A stretch of 64,000 nt of DNA from Camelus dromedarius (lineage: Eukaryota), in NCBI RefSeq assembly GCF_036321535.1, contig NC_087437.1:26352001-26416000 (forward strand), written 5' to 3'. The notes below the pieces were generated by a model that saw nothing but the letters and a program-made list of their open reading frames with translations, ran no database searches and was not told the DNA's origin. Numbering within the stretch: the stretch's first letter is position 1; each line of letters starts with the position of its first letter. Shown here in pieces: positions 49,836 through 63,489 of the stretch. A program made the translations under genes and the position numbers.

Positions 49836-52800
49836 TACAGGCTGGTAAATACAGATGGACACAGATTATGGAAATCCTCAAATGAACCAGGTTAAGGATT
49901 TTATACGTGATTCTTAGTTGAGAAGAACCCCTCCTATAGATATTAATCTGGAACAGAAGTCCAGTAGAAGCCTGGAGGTAGAAATACCATGGAGTTTAAT
50001 TACAGTGGTTGAGGCAAGAGTGACAAAGGTGGAATTGTAGTGAAGGGTATAGATTTGAGAAATGTTAACATGGGGAACCGATGTTAAGTATGGGCCTTAG
50101 TTTGGGGAGGATATTATGATGAAGAACAGGTTTTGGTGGAAGAGGATTTAGGAGGAGAATTAGAATTTATGATACAGATTTTGGATTTGGAGCTGAGGAT
50201 TTCTTCAGATGTTTAGAGATGTGAAATGGGAGCTGGATGCTCTGTGTATTCTGTAAAAAGGGAAGAGACCACTTGCTTACATCATGAGGAAATGGCCTAT
50301 AGCAATCATCCCACTGTGGTTCAAATTTTCACAAGGAAGGATGTGACTCCTGAAGGTCCTCAGAAATGCAGATTTCTCACTTGGTAGAGTTGTACCCACC
50401 GTTTTTCCCTGTAACATATTTTGTGTCCTGGGAGAACAGGAGTAAGGTAGTGGGGAGGGAAACTTGTGGAAACCTAGCAAGGCTCCCACTTATTATTTCA
50501 AAAGAGAGCCAATCAGTTGGAAGCTAGGGATTCTCACACTAAGAACTTGGAAAGACGCTGTGATTTTTATACAGTACCAAGCATTTATACACACATGTTG
50601 CATGTTGAATTGTTTTAACATCTGATTTCTTATTTTTGTCATCCTTTCTTTGTTACCCTGAGTTGATTAATAGCAAAACCTTTAAAATTAGAGAGCCTGT
50701 ATGCCTGTTATGGGACGGCTACAAAGAGGGGACCTAAAGAGATTGTGTTCCACTTACAGCCAAGATTGTGGGAGAAGGACCTGAAAGGATAAGAGTAGAA
50801 GGCTGCATGGTGTGCTAGGAAGAACAGAGATTCTGTAAGTCTCTGTGTTAACCATTCTCTGGCTTCAATTTCCTTGTTCTGTAAAATGATGGTGATGATA
50901 AAAGGAATTCTGACCTTTTGTAGGAAAGAAAAATATCTGGAGGCCCTTTATACTTGAAAAAGGGCTCAGGTCTAAGTAGAAGAAGGGCCTGTAGTTTTCT
51001 TTCTTGGCAGATTTTCTGGAGTTTGGTACAGTTGGGTAGGGCATGATGTTAGATTAAGCTGTATAGTAATTTACCTATCTCTGAACTATTTTTTGTTTCC
51101 TGTAATGTAAGGTCGAGTAACTGGCCAATCAAATGAAAAATCGAACATTAGGCACAAGCATTAAGACAAGGAAGGTTTACATATTCTGTCACACCATTGT
51201 TGGAAACATGACTTGGATTCTGCTACTCGGGTTTTTCTATAGCATTCATTCACTCAACAATTTGCTAAGTATTTTCTATGTCAGGCACTGTTCTAATGCA
51301 GAGTACATTAGTGAACCAAAAAAAAAAAAAATCCTTGCCCTCATGGAGTTTATTTTCTAGTGAGAGAAATAAGGTTTCTTTTAAGTAATTGGATTTTTTT
51401 CTTGTACTATGTATTTATAAAACCACAATTCTAAACAGATAACAATAAGAGTACGTACTATACCAGATTGTAACTAATTTTGTAGAGCACTTTGAAGGAA
51501 GGGACTGTATCATTCTTACTCATATATGTCTCCCCATTTCCTCTTTTCCCAATGAAATGACTTAGACGTATTTAATACTCAGAAGATGTTAAGTACACAT
51601 TAAATGCTTATGATAAGGAGAAGGAAGTTGTGTTAGGGCAAGGGCCAGATCTTAATGATAAAGGAGTCAGTTAAATGTAACAAGTGTTAAGGACCCATGT
51701 ACTCATTTGATTGAGGGTAGGGAGAAAGAGAAGGGTGCTATGAATTGCCTTGCCTGGCTTACCTGTGAGGCTGAAATGGAAATTAGGTTATATTGTAGCT
51801 GAAAGCATCAACATTAAGGGAATCTGGGTGTCCCTAACTTGCCCACGTTAGCTGGGTGACTTTGCATAAATAACTTGACCTCTCAGTTCATTTCCTCGTT
51901 TGTAAAATGAGGTAGTTGGAATTTTCCAGTTTAAAATCTGCTTTTAAGACTTACAAAATGTGTATTGCAGTTTCACTTTACTAATATAGATCAAATAGAG
52001 CTGATCATGAGCTTCCATTGAATAATAATAATCAATTTATGCTTTTAGTTAACAAACTAGATGTTTTAAAAAGATGTCTATAAAATTAATGCTATTTGAT
52101 GTTATTTATTAATAAGACTGCATTATAATTTTAAAAAATAAGGCAAAAATACAGCCTAGTATATAGTTTCTGCTTTGTTATTATGAAGGAAAAATAAGCC
52201 ATAGTATTTCAGGCCCCAGTAATGAGTCTTAATAGTTATTTGTACTTTCATACAGCAGCCTTTGATTATTGTGCTAGTGCTCAGCATACCGATCTGAAAA
52301 TGTGTAGTTCCTAACTTCAAGGAGTGATGAACAATTTAAATGTTTCATTACACTGTGGTGACACAGAGAAGGCACATAGTGAGAGGCTGAGAGAAGAGAA
52401 AGTTCAAGTGGTTAGAGAAGACAGATTGAGGAGGAATGGCAAGGGACAAAGCTGGAGACATAGGCGGAGCCAGTGTATGAACTTTCTGTGCTAAATCACA
52501 GTTTAGTTTTGAACTTTATTCTGGAAGTTGTTTAATCTGTTAAGGAATTTTATGCAGGGAGTAGCATGATCAGGCATTTTTGTATCTACCTTCACATTCC
52601 TCTTAAGAGAATGATCCACAGGGAAGATATTTATGTCATTTTAGTTATTTCAATGGTGTGGTCCTGCTTGAGGCTGTCTTAACTCTGAAATAAAGTCTGA
52701 GGAGCACTGTTAATTTTGTGGTTTTAGAATATCAGTAACCATGAAATATTTGGACATTAAAACATTTATATATTCATAGCTACATTGATGTAAATTGAAA

Positions 52801-53228
52801 AGACAACTGAAATTTTGGTATACTCTGCTCATTGAAATGATTGAGCTTCTGGTCAGCTACATGAATTTGATTTAGAATCATTTCTAGGGAGCTAGAAATT
52901 TGTTGAAGCTTGATTGATTGAATATGACTCTAGTTCAAGCTTATTTTCTGATGATCAAGCTATCCAGTTAAGCTTTTAGAGGGAATGAATCGCCAGGGGA
53001 AATAATCCCACTTGGTGATAAGTAGATATTTCTAAGTCAAGTTTATAAGATAGTAGGAGTTGAATTTCTACTTTGCTTAGATAAGAAACACCTCATTAAA
53101 TATTAAAGAGTACTTTATTTGCCTAATTACTGTGCTTGTAATTTACATGTTTGACCTCAAAAAGGAAGAACTGTGCTTGTAATTTATACATTTACGTAAC
53201 ATGTATTATAAATATTAATTGCTTAACA

Positions 53229-54760
53229 TTTTTTGAGGCGAAATTCACATCACATAAAACTAACCATTTTAAAATGAATAATTGAGTGGCACTTAGTACA
53301 TCACAGTGTTGTGCAGCCACCACTCTGTCAAGTTCTGAAACATTTTTATCACTCCAAACTAAAACCCCATACTCATTAAAGTTATCCCCCATTCCCTGCT
53401 GCCTTCAGCCTCTGGCAGCCACCAGTTTCCTTTCTGTTTCTATAGACTTACTGGATATCTTATTTATTCTGGAAATTTCATATCAATGAAATCATGCAAT
53501 GTGTGACCCTTTGTGTCTGGCTTCTTTCACTTAGCATAATGTTTTCAAGGTTCTGCAGTGTTGTTGCAAGCTACACTGTTGTATGTATGAGTACTTCTTT
53601 CCTTTTTATAGCTAATTTTACGGTATGTAGAAACCACACTTCATTCATTCATCCACTGATGGACATTTTAGTTCCTTCTATCCTTTGGCTGTTGTGAATA
53701 TTGTTGCTGTGACCATTCACTTACAAGGATGTGTTTGAGTACCAGTTTTCATTTCTTTGGGGAATACATAAAGAGTGGAATTGCTGGATCATTTTTGGAT
53801 ATGTATAAGGAGTGGAATTGCTGGATCATATGGTAATCCTATCTTTAGCTTTCTGAGGACTTGCCAGACTTTTCCACAGTGGCTGAACAATTTTACATTC
53901 CTACTGGCAATATATGAAGGTTCCATTTCTCTACATTGTCACCAACATTTGTTCTTTTCTAGTAAAAAAAATTATGCTGTTGCTATCCATGTGGGTATGA
54001 GATGATATCTCACTGTGGTTTGATTTGCATTTTTTCCATTATAACTAATGATGTTGAACATGTTTTTATGTTCCTGTTTGGCCACTTGTATATCTTTGAA
54101 GAAATGTCTATTCATGTTCTTCGCCCATTTTTTAAGTTGGGATATTTGTCTTTTTATTATTGAGTTCTAAATGTTTTTATGTATCCTGAATACTAGATCC
54201 TTATTAGATATATGATTTGCAAATATTTTCTTCCATTCCGTGGGTTGCCTTTTCAGCTTCTTAATAATATCCTTTGATGCATAAAAGTTTTAAATTTTGA
54301 TCAAGCTCTATTTATTTTTGTCGCTTATGCTTGTGGTGTCATATCTAAGAATCTATTGCTGAATCCAAGGTTATGAAGATTTACTCCTAAGAGTTTTATC
54401 ATTTTAGCTCTTATATTTAGGTCATTGAACTATTTTGAGTTAATTTTTACATATAGTGTGAGTTAGGGTACAAAGTCATAGTTTTGCATGTAAATATCCA
54501 ATTGTTCCAGTACCAATTGTTGAAAAAAGTATTATTTCCCCTTTGAATGATCTTGGCACCTTTACTGAAAATCAGTTGGCCATAGGTTATGGGGTTAGTT
54601 CTGGATTCTCAATTCTGTTCCTTTGGTCTATAATTTCTATCCTTATGCCCACATCACGTTGTTTTGATTACTGTAGCTTTATAGTAAGATTTTGAAATTG
54701 AGGTGTGAGTCTTTCAGCTTTGTTCTTTTTCAAAATTGTTTTCACTATTGAAGGCCCCTA
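53229..54760 (-). mobile_element. L1 (L1MB-like) ORF2 3' part and 3' UTR
   Basis: Begins tttttgaggcgaaattcacatcacataaaactaacc; includes ggagtggaattgctggatcatatggt and ttgattactgtagctttatagtaag. Confidence 0.9.
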
Positions 54761-56015
54761 TAATGTGAATATTAGTGTGCTTCATGTGTTGTCCCAGAGT
54801 TCTCTTAAACTATCCTCATTTCTTTTCATTCTTTTTTCTTCTTTCTGTTCTGCAATAGTGATTTCCAGCTCACTGATCTATTTTTTTTTGCCTCATTAGG
54901 CTATTCTTGGTTCCTCCTAATTTGTTATTCATTTCAGTAGTTTTATTCTTCAACTCTGTTTGGGTATTCGTTATATTTTCTAACTCTTTGCTAAAAACTT
55001 CCCCCTGTGCATCCATACTCCTCTTGAGTTCTCTGAACATCTTCACCATCATTACTCTAAACTCTTTCTCAGATAGATTGCCTATCTCTTCATCACTTAT
55101 TTCTTCTTCTAGAATTTTATCCTGTGTCTTGGCCTAGTGGCCTTATTTGTGGTGGATGAGGCTGGGCTAGAGGCTTCTGCAGGTTTCCTGGCAAGAGGAG
55201 TTGGTGCCTGCTCACTGCTGGGTGGAGCTTGGTCCTGGTCCTCTGGTGGGTAGGGCCATGTCTAGGGGTGTGTCTAGAGGCATTTGTGGCTCAGGAAGTC
55301 TGCTGATGGGTGGGGCTGCGTTCCTACCCAGTTTGTTGTTTGGCCTGAGGCTTCCCAGCAGTTAAGTCTACAGGCTGCTGGGTGGGGTTAGGTCTTGGTG
55401 CTGATGATCCAATCAAGATGTCAGCCTCCAGAAAACCTCATGTAGATGAACACTTCCTGGAATGTCCTCCACCAGCTTTTATGTCTCCAGGGTGAGCTGC
55501 AGCTGTCCCCTATCTCCCTAGGAGACCTTCCAAAACCAGCAGGCAGGTCTGGCCCATGTTCCTATGAAATAACCGCCTCTTCCCTTGGACCTGGAGCACA
55601 CTTCCCAAGAAAATGAGGTCTCTGTTTCCCCCAGTCCCCTGAGGCTCCTGGAGTTAAGTCCCACTGGCCTTCAAAACCTGGGGTCTCCTTCTCTTTCCAG
55701 TGCCAGAACCCCGGGCTGGGGAGCCTGATGTGGGGCTTAGAGCTCTCACTCCTGTAGGGGGAGGGGGTCTCTGCCACTTATTTATTCTTCAGCTTGTGGG
55801 TCGCCCACCTGGGGGGCATGGGGCCCAATTGTATTGAGAGCCTGCCCCTCCTAATGTCCCGCTGTGGTTTCCTCTCTATGTTTCCAGTTTAAGAAGATCT
55901 TTTTTTTGCTAGGTTCCAATCTTTTTTTCCCGATGATTGTTTAGCAGTCAATTGTGGTTTTGTTGTAGTCGTGAGGAGAGGTGAGCTTGTGGTCCTACTA
56001 TTCTGCCATCTTGAC
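54760..56015 (-). mobile_element. L1 5' end: GC-rich 5' UTR plus ORF1 coiled-coil fragment
   Basis: ORF 54870..55052 (VKMFRELKRSMD...KELENI..TQTELKNKTTEMNNKL) is ORF1p-like; the element starts with caagatggcagaatagtaggacc on the minus strand (YY1-type L1 5' motif). Confidence 0.85.
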
Positions 56016-57229
56016 TAGCTCAACCTGTATAAAGTCTTAAAATGTTCCTTTGGTGTGGTGATTCCATATATAGGAATCTATCCTAAGAAAATAATCAGAA
56101 ATGTGGAAAGAGATTTATATTTATCATAGAATTATTTGTAATTGCAGGAGTTGGATTCAACTTAGTATTGAAGATAGTAGGGGAGTAGTTAGACTAAGTC
56201 ATGATTTAGCCATATGATGTCACATTAAGCAGCTATTAACAAAGTAGTTTGTGAAGAGTTTTAATAACAAGGAAAAATGATACAACTTTTAAAAAGCATA
56301 CAAATTATAGTACAATATACAAATAATATAAAATATACATGGAAAAAAGACTGTTACTAGTGGTTGGAATCAGAGAAGCAGAACCAGTGTGAATGATATG
56401 AGTGATACTGAATAGGATATTAGAGATTAAGAAATTCTATATTACAATGCTGTTTGTGCCTTGTATGTTGGGTGAGCTGGGCCACTATGGGTCAGATGGA
56501 TGGCAGTGAGGAAGAGAGCTGAAAGTGAGGTTGGGAGAGTAAGGATAATGTTAGAACCTGTGAGAATGAACTACAACACATGAGGACAAACACTCATGTT
56601 ATCTGTGAATGTTAACATTATGGGTAATTGATATTTTCTTTATACCTTCCAGTGAACGTTATTTTTAGTATTAGAAAAAAATCAAACACTTTATTAAATA
56701 GCAATATAATGAATGATGTATGAGGATTAGAAGCTAACTACAATGATATTAACTTAAGTCAGTAAATGATGGACCCAGGATTAGAACTTCAATCCCTATA
56801 TTACAGCTCTTCTTACAGTCTTTACAGGTATACTTTAAAATCACATTCAATTTATCAGGTTCTGAGAGAAACCGCAGTGATTTTTATGGCTGGTGAATTT
56901 TCAATCATCTGCACTACTTACATTTAGATATGCTTTGGAAGACATTATGTTGATTAATATAATCATGTTTTTTATTTTGAAATAATCACAAGTGTCCAGA
57001 AAAGTTGTAAGAATTGTATGAAGACTTTTTTTTCCCCTTAATCATTTAGAGTAAGTTGTTGACCTGATGCTCTATACCCACCAAATACTTTCGTGTAAGA
57101 TTCCTACAAACAAGGATAGTCTTGGAGAAATGGGTGATTTTAGGGTTATAGTAAGGAAAGTACGAGATGGGACTGGAGAATCTTGTGCCAGAAAACAAAG
57201 AAGTGCTCAAGAAAGATGGGCACATGTTA

Positions 57230-57530
57230 TTTATTTATTTATTTTTTAATGAAATACAGTCCTTTACAATGTGTCAGTCTCTGGTGTCCAGTACAATGTC
57301 ACAGTCATGCATATACATACGTATATTCATTTCATATTTTTTTCCATTAAAGGTTATTACAAGATGTTGAACATAGTTCCCTGTGCCATACGAAAGAAAC
57401 TTAAAAAAAAATCTATTTTTATATATAGTGGCTAACATTTGTAAATCTCAAACTCCCAAATTTATCCCTTCCCACCCGCTTTCCCTGGTAACCAAAAGAT
57501 TGTTTACTAAGTCTGTGAGTCTGTTTCTGT
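57230..57530 (-). mobile_element. L1 3' terminal fragment
   Basis: tttacaatgtgtcagtctctggtgtccagtacaatgtc...gttgaacatagttccctgtgcc...ggtaacca...gtctgtgagtctgtttctgt. Confidence 0.85.
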
Positions 57531-57700
57531 GGACACAAAAACCCATTGGAATGAGCCTCCTTTAGACTAAATTAGGGACAATTGGACATCAAAATAATAA
57601 TTACTATAATGTATTATAGTCCATTGAATAAAACAGTAATCCATATTTCCATACTAATATAAATGAATAAACTGAAAATTTGATGAGAAATGGTATAATC

Positions 57701-58000
57701 TATTGCAGACAGAATAATGACCCTTAAAGATCCTAATACCTGCAACCTATGAATATGATAACCTTATATGCAAAAGTAATTGTGCAGATATAGTTAAGTT
57801 AAGGACTTTGGGGTGGTAATGTTACCCTGGGTTATCCAAATATGCCCAGTGTAATCACGAGATATCATAAAAGTGGAAGAAAGGCAGAAAAGAAGTTTGG
57901 GATAATGTGATGTGAGAAGGAATCAATGTAGCATTGCTGGCTTTGAAGATGGAGCAAGGGGCCCTTGAGCCATGGAATGTGGGCAGCCTCTGGAAACTGA
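57701..58000 (+). mobile_element. MaLR LTR fragment (MLT1D-like)
   Basis: gcagacagaataatgaccc...gttaccctgggttatcc...gtaatcac...ttgctggctttgaagatggag...gccatggaatgtgggcagcctctgga. Confidence 0.8.
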
Positions 58001-58249
58001 TAAGCATAACAATCAATTGTTGTATAATTCAAAACTTTTTTTTTTATTTTAAAACGTACATGGGTAATAGCCTAGACTAGATTTGTGTGACTTCTAAAAG
58101 TAAATGATACTTCAGAGACTATGGGTCCTCTTTCAGATTCTGCACCATGATAACACTCCAGTGGCCATATATTCACTTTCCTCTTTTCCCTATTGTTAAG
58201 TGAGAGGAAAACTGCCTTATCTAAATACCATTAAGAACAGAAAGATAAT

Positions 58250-58880
58250 TGTGTAAATTATCAATTTATTTTTTTTCCTGCTCCAAACTCACTCTTCGGT
58301 ACCTACTCTGTAGTAATGGACTAGACTTTAAGCATTTCTCCTTCACAAAGAGCGTGATGTTAAGCTTTACTCGGTGCTGGAGGGCACAGAGTGCCAGAGG
58401 GAACTTACTGGAGGAGGGGATTTTTCCCTCCTATTTTCTGTGAGCTGTGTTCCCCTCACCCCGCCTCCTGGCCCCTACCCCGCTCCTGCTGCATGGTCTG
58501 TCACAGTAGATACATCTGGGGGTGGTCTGCCTCAGCCATGTGCCCAGAGTACACAGGCTGTTACTGATCCTGCAGCCCCAGTCCAGACCTCGTGACCACC
58601 TTGCTACGGCCCTTCTGAAGTGGATGGTGTACACCTCAGGCCTCATGCCTACAGTGCCTTGACTACCTCTGCGCGCTTGCCCGCTAACCTTGGCCTGCCT
58701 GTGGCCTGGGGAGTTGTCTCCTGCAGTTCTCTTGACATGGATACTGTGCATTTCAGGCCTTGTGCCTACAGCCGTGTCCTGACTACCTCTGCACGCCTGC
58801 CCACCAGCCTCAACTTGCCTGTACTCCAGAGGGTTGTTTCCTTCTTGCCTGGCAACGTCACTTTGCCATCATAGTTTAAT
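58250..58880 (+). mobile_element. Probable ERVL-type LTR (LTR33/LTR41-like) with internal tandem duplication
   Basis: GC-richer island with two ~117-120-bp repeat units (58621-58857); family call tentative. Confidence 0.45.
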
Positions 58881-58899
58881 CATTATTTTTTGTAAAAAA

Positions 58900-59095
58900 A
58901 TTAAAAGCAGCTTTATTGACTTATTACTGACATACAGTAAACTGTACATATCTAAAGTGCACAATTTAATCAGCTTTGACATATTTATGTAACTGTGAAA
59001 CCATCACCATAATGGGGTTAATGAACATATCTGTTACTCCCAGAGGCTCCCTCATGGCCCTTGGGAATCCCTCTCTCCTGCCCCTTGGAATCCCT
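58900..59095 (-). mobile_element. L1MB-like 3' terminal fragment
   Basis: agctttattga...ctgacatacagtaaactgtacatatctaaagtgcacaattt...aactgtgaaaccatcacc. Confidence 0.75.
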
Positions 59096-61174
59096 CATTA
59101 TGTCTTTATTGTTATGATCCTATCATAGTTCAGTTATTATCTATGATATACATCCTCTGTTTAACTTACTGTATAGTTTCTCTCTCCTGACTGAACTGTT
59201 GATTCAGAATTGGTGCCTGGAGTGGTTCTAGGAAATAGAACTAAAAATTTGAAGTTTTGGTATTGGTTTGGTTGTGCCTTTGGGCTCCTTACTAATGGAA
59301 AGGGGATGCTGGTAATCCATGTCCTCACAATTAATCCAGCTATAATCTGTGATTGGCTGTGAGGTGTTGCTAAGTGACACATATGCCTGGGAGCCCAAAT
59401 GGCTGCTACATTTGACCTTTATGCAAAAATGATAACTATAAGGATTGTAGTGTAGGATGAAATCTTTTGAATGTAATTGAGTGCTTAGAGAGAGAAAATG
59501 ACAGCTTGGGTTTGTTAACGCACAGCTCAAGATCTGCCTTTTGTTCACTCTTTTTTGATTACACGTTTCACTTAAGAAGAAATCATTTCATCTTCTCCAG
59601 ATTGTGAATGGACTTGTGAATTATAAAACCTTGTTGCTCATTAAAAAAAAATTGGCTGGAGAGGGATATAAAATGGTTGGAGAACTTGAATAGATGGAAC
59701 AGATTTCTGTTAAGATTTCTGTGTATTTTCTTCTAGGGTTTTATTTGGTATATATTATATGAAATGAAATAGCCTTTAGAAAGTTTTAATTGTTTATTCT
59801 GAAATATGCAGATAAATATAAAGAAAATAAAAATCATAGAGTCCCACTACCCGGAGTTTACGTGTACATATTAACTAATGTTTGTTTCATAGTATTTATG
59901 CATATTTTTAATGTATACATGAAATATTTTTAATTTTAAGGTCTTAGAAAAAAAATATTTTTAACCGTAGTTGAGGTAGCCATATTCAGAGGTTCTGCGG
60001 AAGATAATAATGAGGAAAAGCCATGTGTGTATTCATTCTACAAATACTATGCACCTAATAAGTGCCAGGCACTGTTTAGATACTTGTGATATATCCATTA
60101 AATAAAGATGACTATCTTGGAGGAGTTTATATTCTTGCAGCAAAGATAGACACTAAACAATATAACATTTAAGCAAATTATAATCTGATAGAAAGTAACG
60201 ACTATTATGAGAAATAAAAAACATAGAGGGGATTAAGAGGAATGAGGCATGGTAGATACGTAGGCAGGTTGCAGACATTTGCCAAGGAACAGTGTGGTGC
60301 ACAGAAAAGGCCAAGAACGGAGCTCTAGGGTGATATTTTAAAGAAATAATTGTTATCATCAGTGGGAATGGCTTGATCTGGTGCCCCATACTCTTCTACT
60401 ATTAACACAGTAGGCTAAATTTCGTGCTTAACACCCAAAGTGTGTGGGGCATTGGGCATGCTCAACTTCTTGTTCAGAAATTATGCACAAATTAAAGAGG
60501 AATGCAGGTAGGGGTAAAGGGTGAGGGAATTGGTTCATTTGTTCAGTCCATCTCTAGTACTTACACATAGAAATTGAGACCCCTAAAATAGGGAAACTGG
60601 AATGATAATGCAAGTTACTTTTTTCCCTGCATTGTTTTTGTTTTTGTTTTACTTGACAAGGTTGTTCTGAGGATTAGATGGAAAAGCATGCACGTCAGAT
60701 GTTTAACAGAGTGCCTGGCACAAAGTTAAAAAGTTGTCTATTGATTTGTCTACAGTGATGGTGCTGATAATTGTGTGAAGTATCGTAAGAACAAAACAAA
60801 ACAAAACAAAAACTCTTCTGGTTCAGGAGATTGATACTTTGAAGTATACTGGGCATATTTTTGATAACCTAGAAAACCAGAATTTTCTGGCGTATTTTCC
60901 TAAATGATGTTTAAGATTCTTATATCTATGAAACCAATTGTCAATTGCCTTTTTCTTGTTTGCTGCATAGCTTATTGTTGGAGTTGGCACCTATGGCATT
61001 GGTGACAACAGTGGTAGTTGAGAGAACTATGAAGTGTATTTTTATTAGCATTCCTATTTCTCTATCTTTTTTTTTTTAACCTTTTTCTAATTTTTGACCC
61101 TCTACCCCATCCCTCATTGACTTGCAAGAAGTTTATGAATAATGTCTTTGTATGCCATTTGGCAATCTGTGCTT

Positions 61175-61320
61175 GAGAACTGTTTTCTAAATTTGTCTTG
61201 ATCATATGGATTCACGAGGGGACATTTTTTAAAAATAAAATTATATACTTTCTATCTGAATCTCCAGGGTAGGGGCCTGAGAACATTTATTTTTATCACA
61301 GGCTCCTGGGTGATAGGTGC
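61175..61320. mobile_element. MER5-like hAT-Charlie element
   Basis: gaatctccagggtaggggcctgagaacatttatttttatcacaggctcctgggtgat. Confidence 0.55.
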
Positions 61321-61599
61321 TTTTACTAGACTAAAGCATATTTTCTAAACTTCTCTGGTGGTAAGAATCACTAGAGTACATATTAATAATATGAGTAATA
61401 CAGATGACTAGGTCCCATGTCCACTGAAGAGAAGATATAACTTTGGATTGGACATGAGTCTAGTTTTAATAGTTGGCTTATTTGTTGGCTCGCTTAGTGT
61501 GTGTGAGAGCTCAGTAGGCTGCTGATTGCTAGGTTTCATAATATTTCCATGTAGTCAGAAGAACAAAACAAAAAAATCTTGTTTTGAATGGCAGACTGC

Positions 61600-62070
61600 T
61601 TTATTTTTTTTCCTTTTAAAAATGGTTAGATATCACTGATACAGGAAAGTGCATAAAACATTTGTATATGGCTTAAAAGCAATTATAATCGAAATTCCCA
61701 TCTTACCACAACCCAGGTCAAGATATGGAATGTTGCTGGCATCCTAGAAGCACCTTTTCCCTGATCACACTCCCTTTTCTTACCCTTGAGGTGACCATTA
61801 TCTAGATTTTTATAATGATAATGTCCTCATTTTCTTGATATTTTTACCTCTTAACTGTGAATTTCTAAGTAATATCGTCCATTTTGCCTTTTAAAGGACT
61901 TCATATGAGTGAGATCATAGTTTTTGCATTCTTTGTGACTTGCTTTTTTTGCTTAGGGTTATTCTTGTGAAACTCATCTGTGTTGGTCATATAGCTGTCA
62001 CTTGTTTTCATTGTTGTAGAGAATTACATTATATGTACATGCCAAAATTTATTAATTTTACTTTAATGCA
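61600..62070 (-). mobile_element. L1ME-like 3' fragment
   Basis: cacaacccaggtcaagatatggaatgtt...tgtgacttgcttttttt...gtagagaattacattatatg. Confidence 0.65.
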
Positions 62071-62214
62071 TATTGCTCAATAATGTTTAGTATCAAAAAG
62101 GACAACTCATTGCCTATATCTGCATAAGGAAAAGGAAGGCTATGTTTTGGAGAAGAATAGGACATGATTTTTGTCACTTAACAGAAGAAATATTCTTGGT
62201 TATATTGATACATA

Positions 62215-62822
62215 TATTTTTTAATTGAGCTAACATTGGTTTATAACATTATATAAGTTTCATGTGTACAACATGATATTTTGATCTCTGTATGCACTAT
62301 AGCATGCTTACCACCAAAAGTTTGGTTTCCATCTGTCACTATATATTTGACTCCTTTACCCATTTTACCTTTCCCAACCCCTTTCCCGTCTGGTAACCAC
62401 TCATCTGTTCTCTGCAGCTGTGTGTTTGTTTTTGTTTGGTTTGGTTTCGCATGCATGCATTTATTTATTTATTTATTTATTTATTTATTTCATTTGTTTT
62501 TTTATAATCTGCATATGAATGAAATCATATGGTATTTGTCTTTCTCCATCTGACTTATTTCACTCAGCATTAATACCCTCTAGATCTGTCCATGTTGTCG
62601 TAAATAGCAAGATTTCATCTTTTTTTTTTTCTTTATAGTTGAGCAGTATTCTATATATTTACCACATCTTTTTTAATTTGTTCATCAGTTGAAAGGCACT
62701 TAGGTTGTTTCGTATCTTGGCTATTGTGAATAATGCTGCAGTAAACAGAGATGGATATATCTTTCTGAATTAGTGTTTCATATTCTTTGGATAAATACCC
62801 AGAAATAGAATAGCTGGATCAA
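62215..62822 (-). mobile_element. L1 3' UTR fragment containing (TTTA)n
   Basis: ttggtttataacattatataagtttcatgtgtacaacat...gaaatcatatggtatttgtctttctcc; similar to the 3' UTR at ~30300-30690. Confidence 0.9.
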
Positions 62823-63489
62823 CCTATTTAGTGAAATGTATTTGGCTATTATAAATTTTACACTAAAATAGTTAACTAGCTGTTTAGGCATATTTTCTGT
62901 TAGTGCTTGCCATAGCATATATTCTTTCGATGTGTTTAGTAGTATAAGATACATTTATGGAGAAAAATAAATTGAAATTACTATCTATTAAATCTTTTTT
63001 CAAATTAGGAAAAGATAACCATTATTTTAGCAGTGGAGTATTTTGGTCAAGCTTTTGAAATCCCAGTGATACATCCAGTGATACACAAGAATCTAGCTGG
63101 AGAACCAATGGAATATGAGCTTACTGAGAGCTTTTCTTACGGAGATTGTTAGCTGTTTTATGAGTGTTATTTGGCACTGAACTAGTTGATGTCAAAATGT
63201 GAGTCATCTTTAGAATTGAAAGTTATTTGGAAAGGAATTTCTTGAAAGTAATATTGGTCTTAAACACTTACTAAATGCATCCCCATCTATAAAATGAAGT
63301 TTAGAATATAATTTTGTATAGATGAGTTGCATGATAGTGTCACAGATTTAAATGTGAGGTTAGGATTTACTGTGCTGCTTGGGGAAATTTTAAAATTTTG
63401 CAATTACCAGAGCTGCATTGGATGACTAACTGACATCTGTGCTCTTAAGACATACAGATAATCACATGTGCTAGCCATGGTGCTCAAAT

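Noticed and set aside
53129..53829. Short direct repeats (17 bp at 53129/53170; 20 bp at 53773/53810)
   Set aside because: Two-copy local slippage duplications, one inside an L1; no array structure, so not CRISPR-like.
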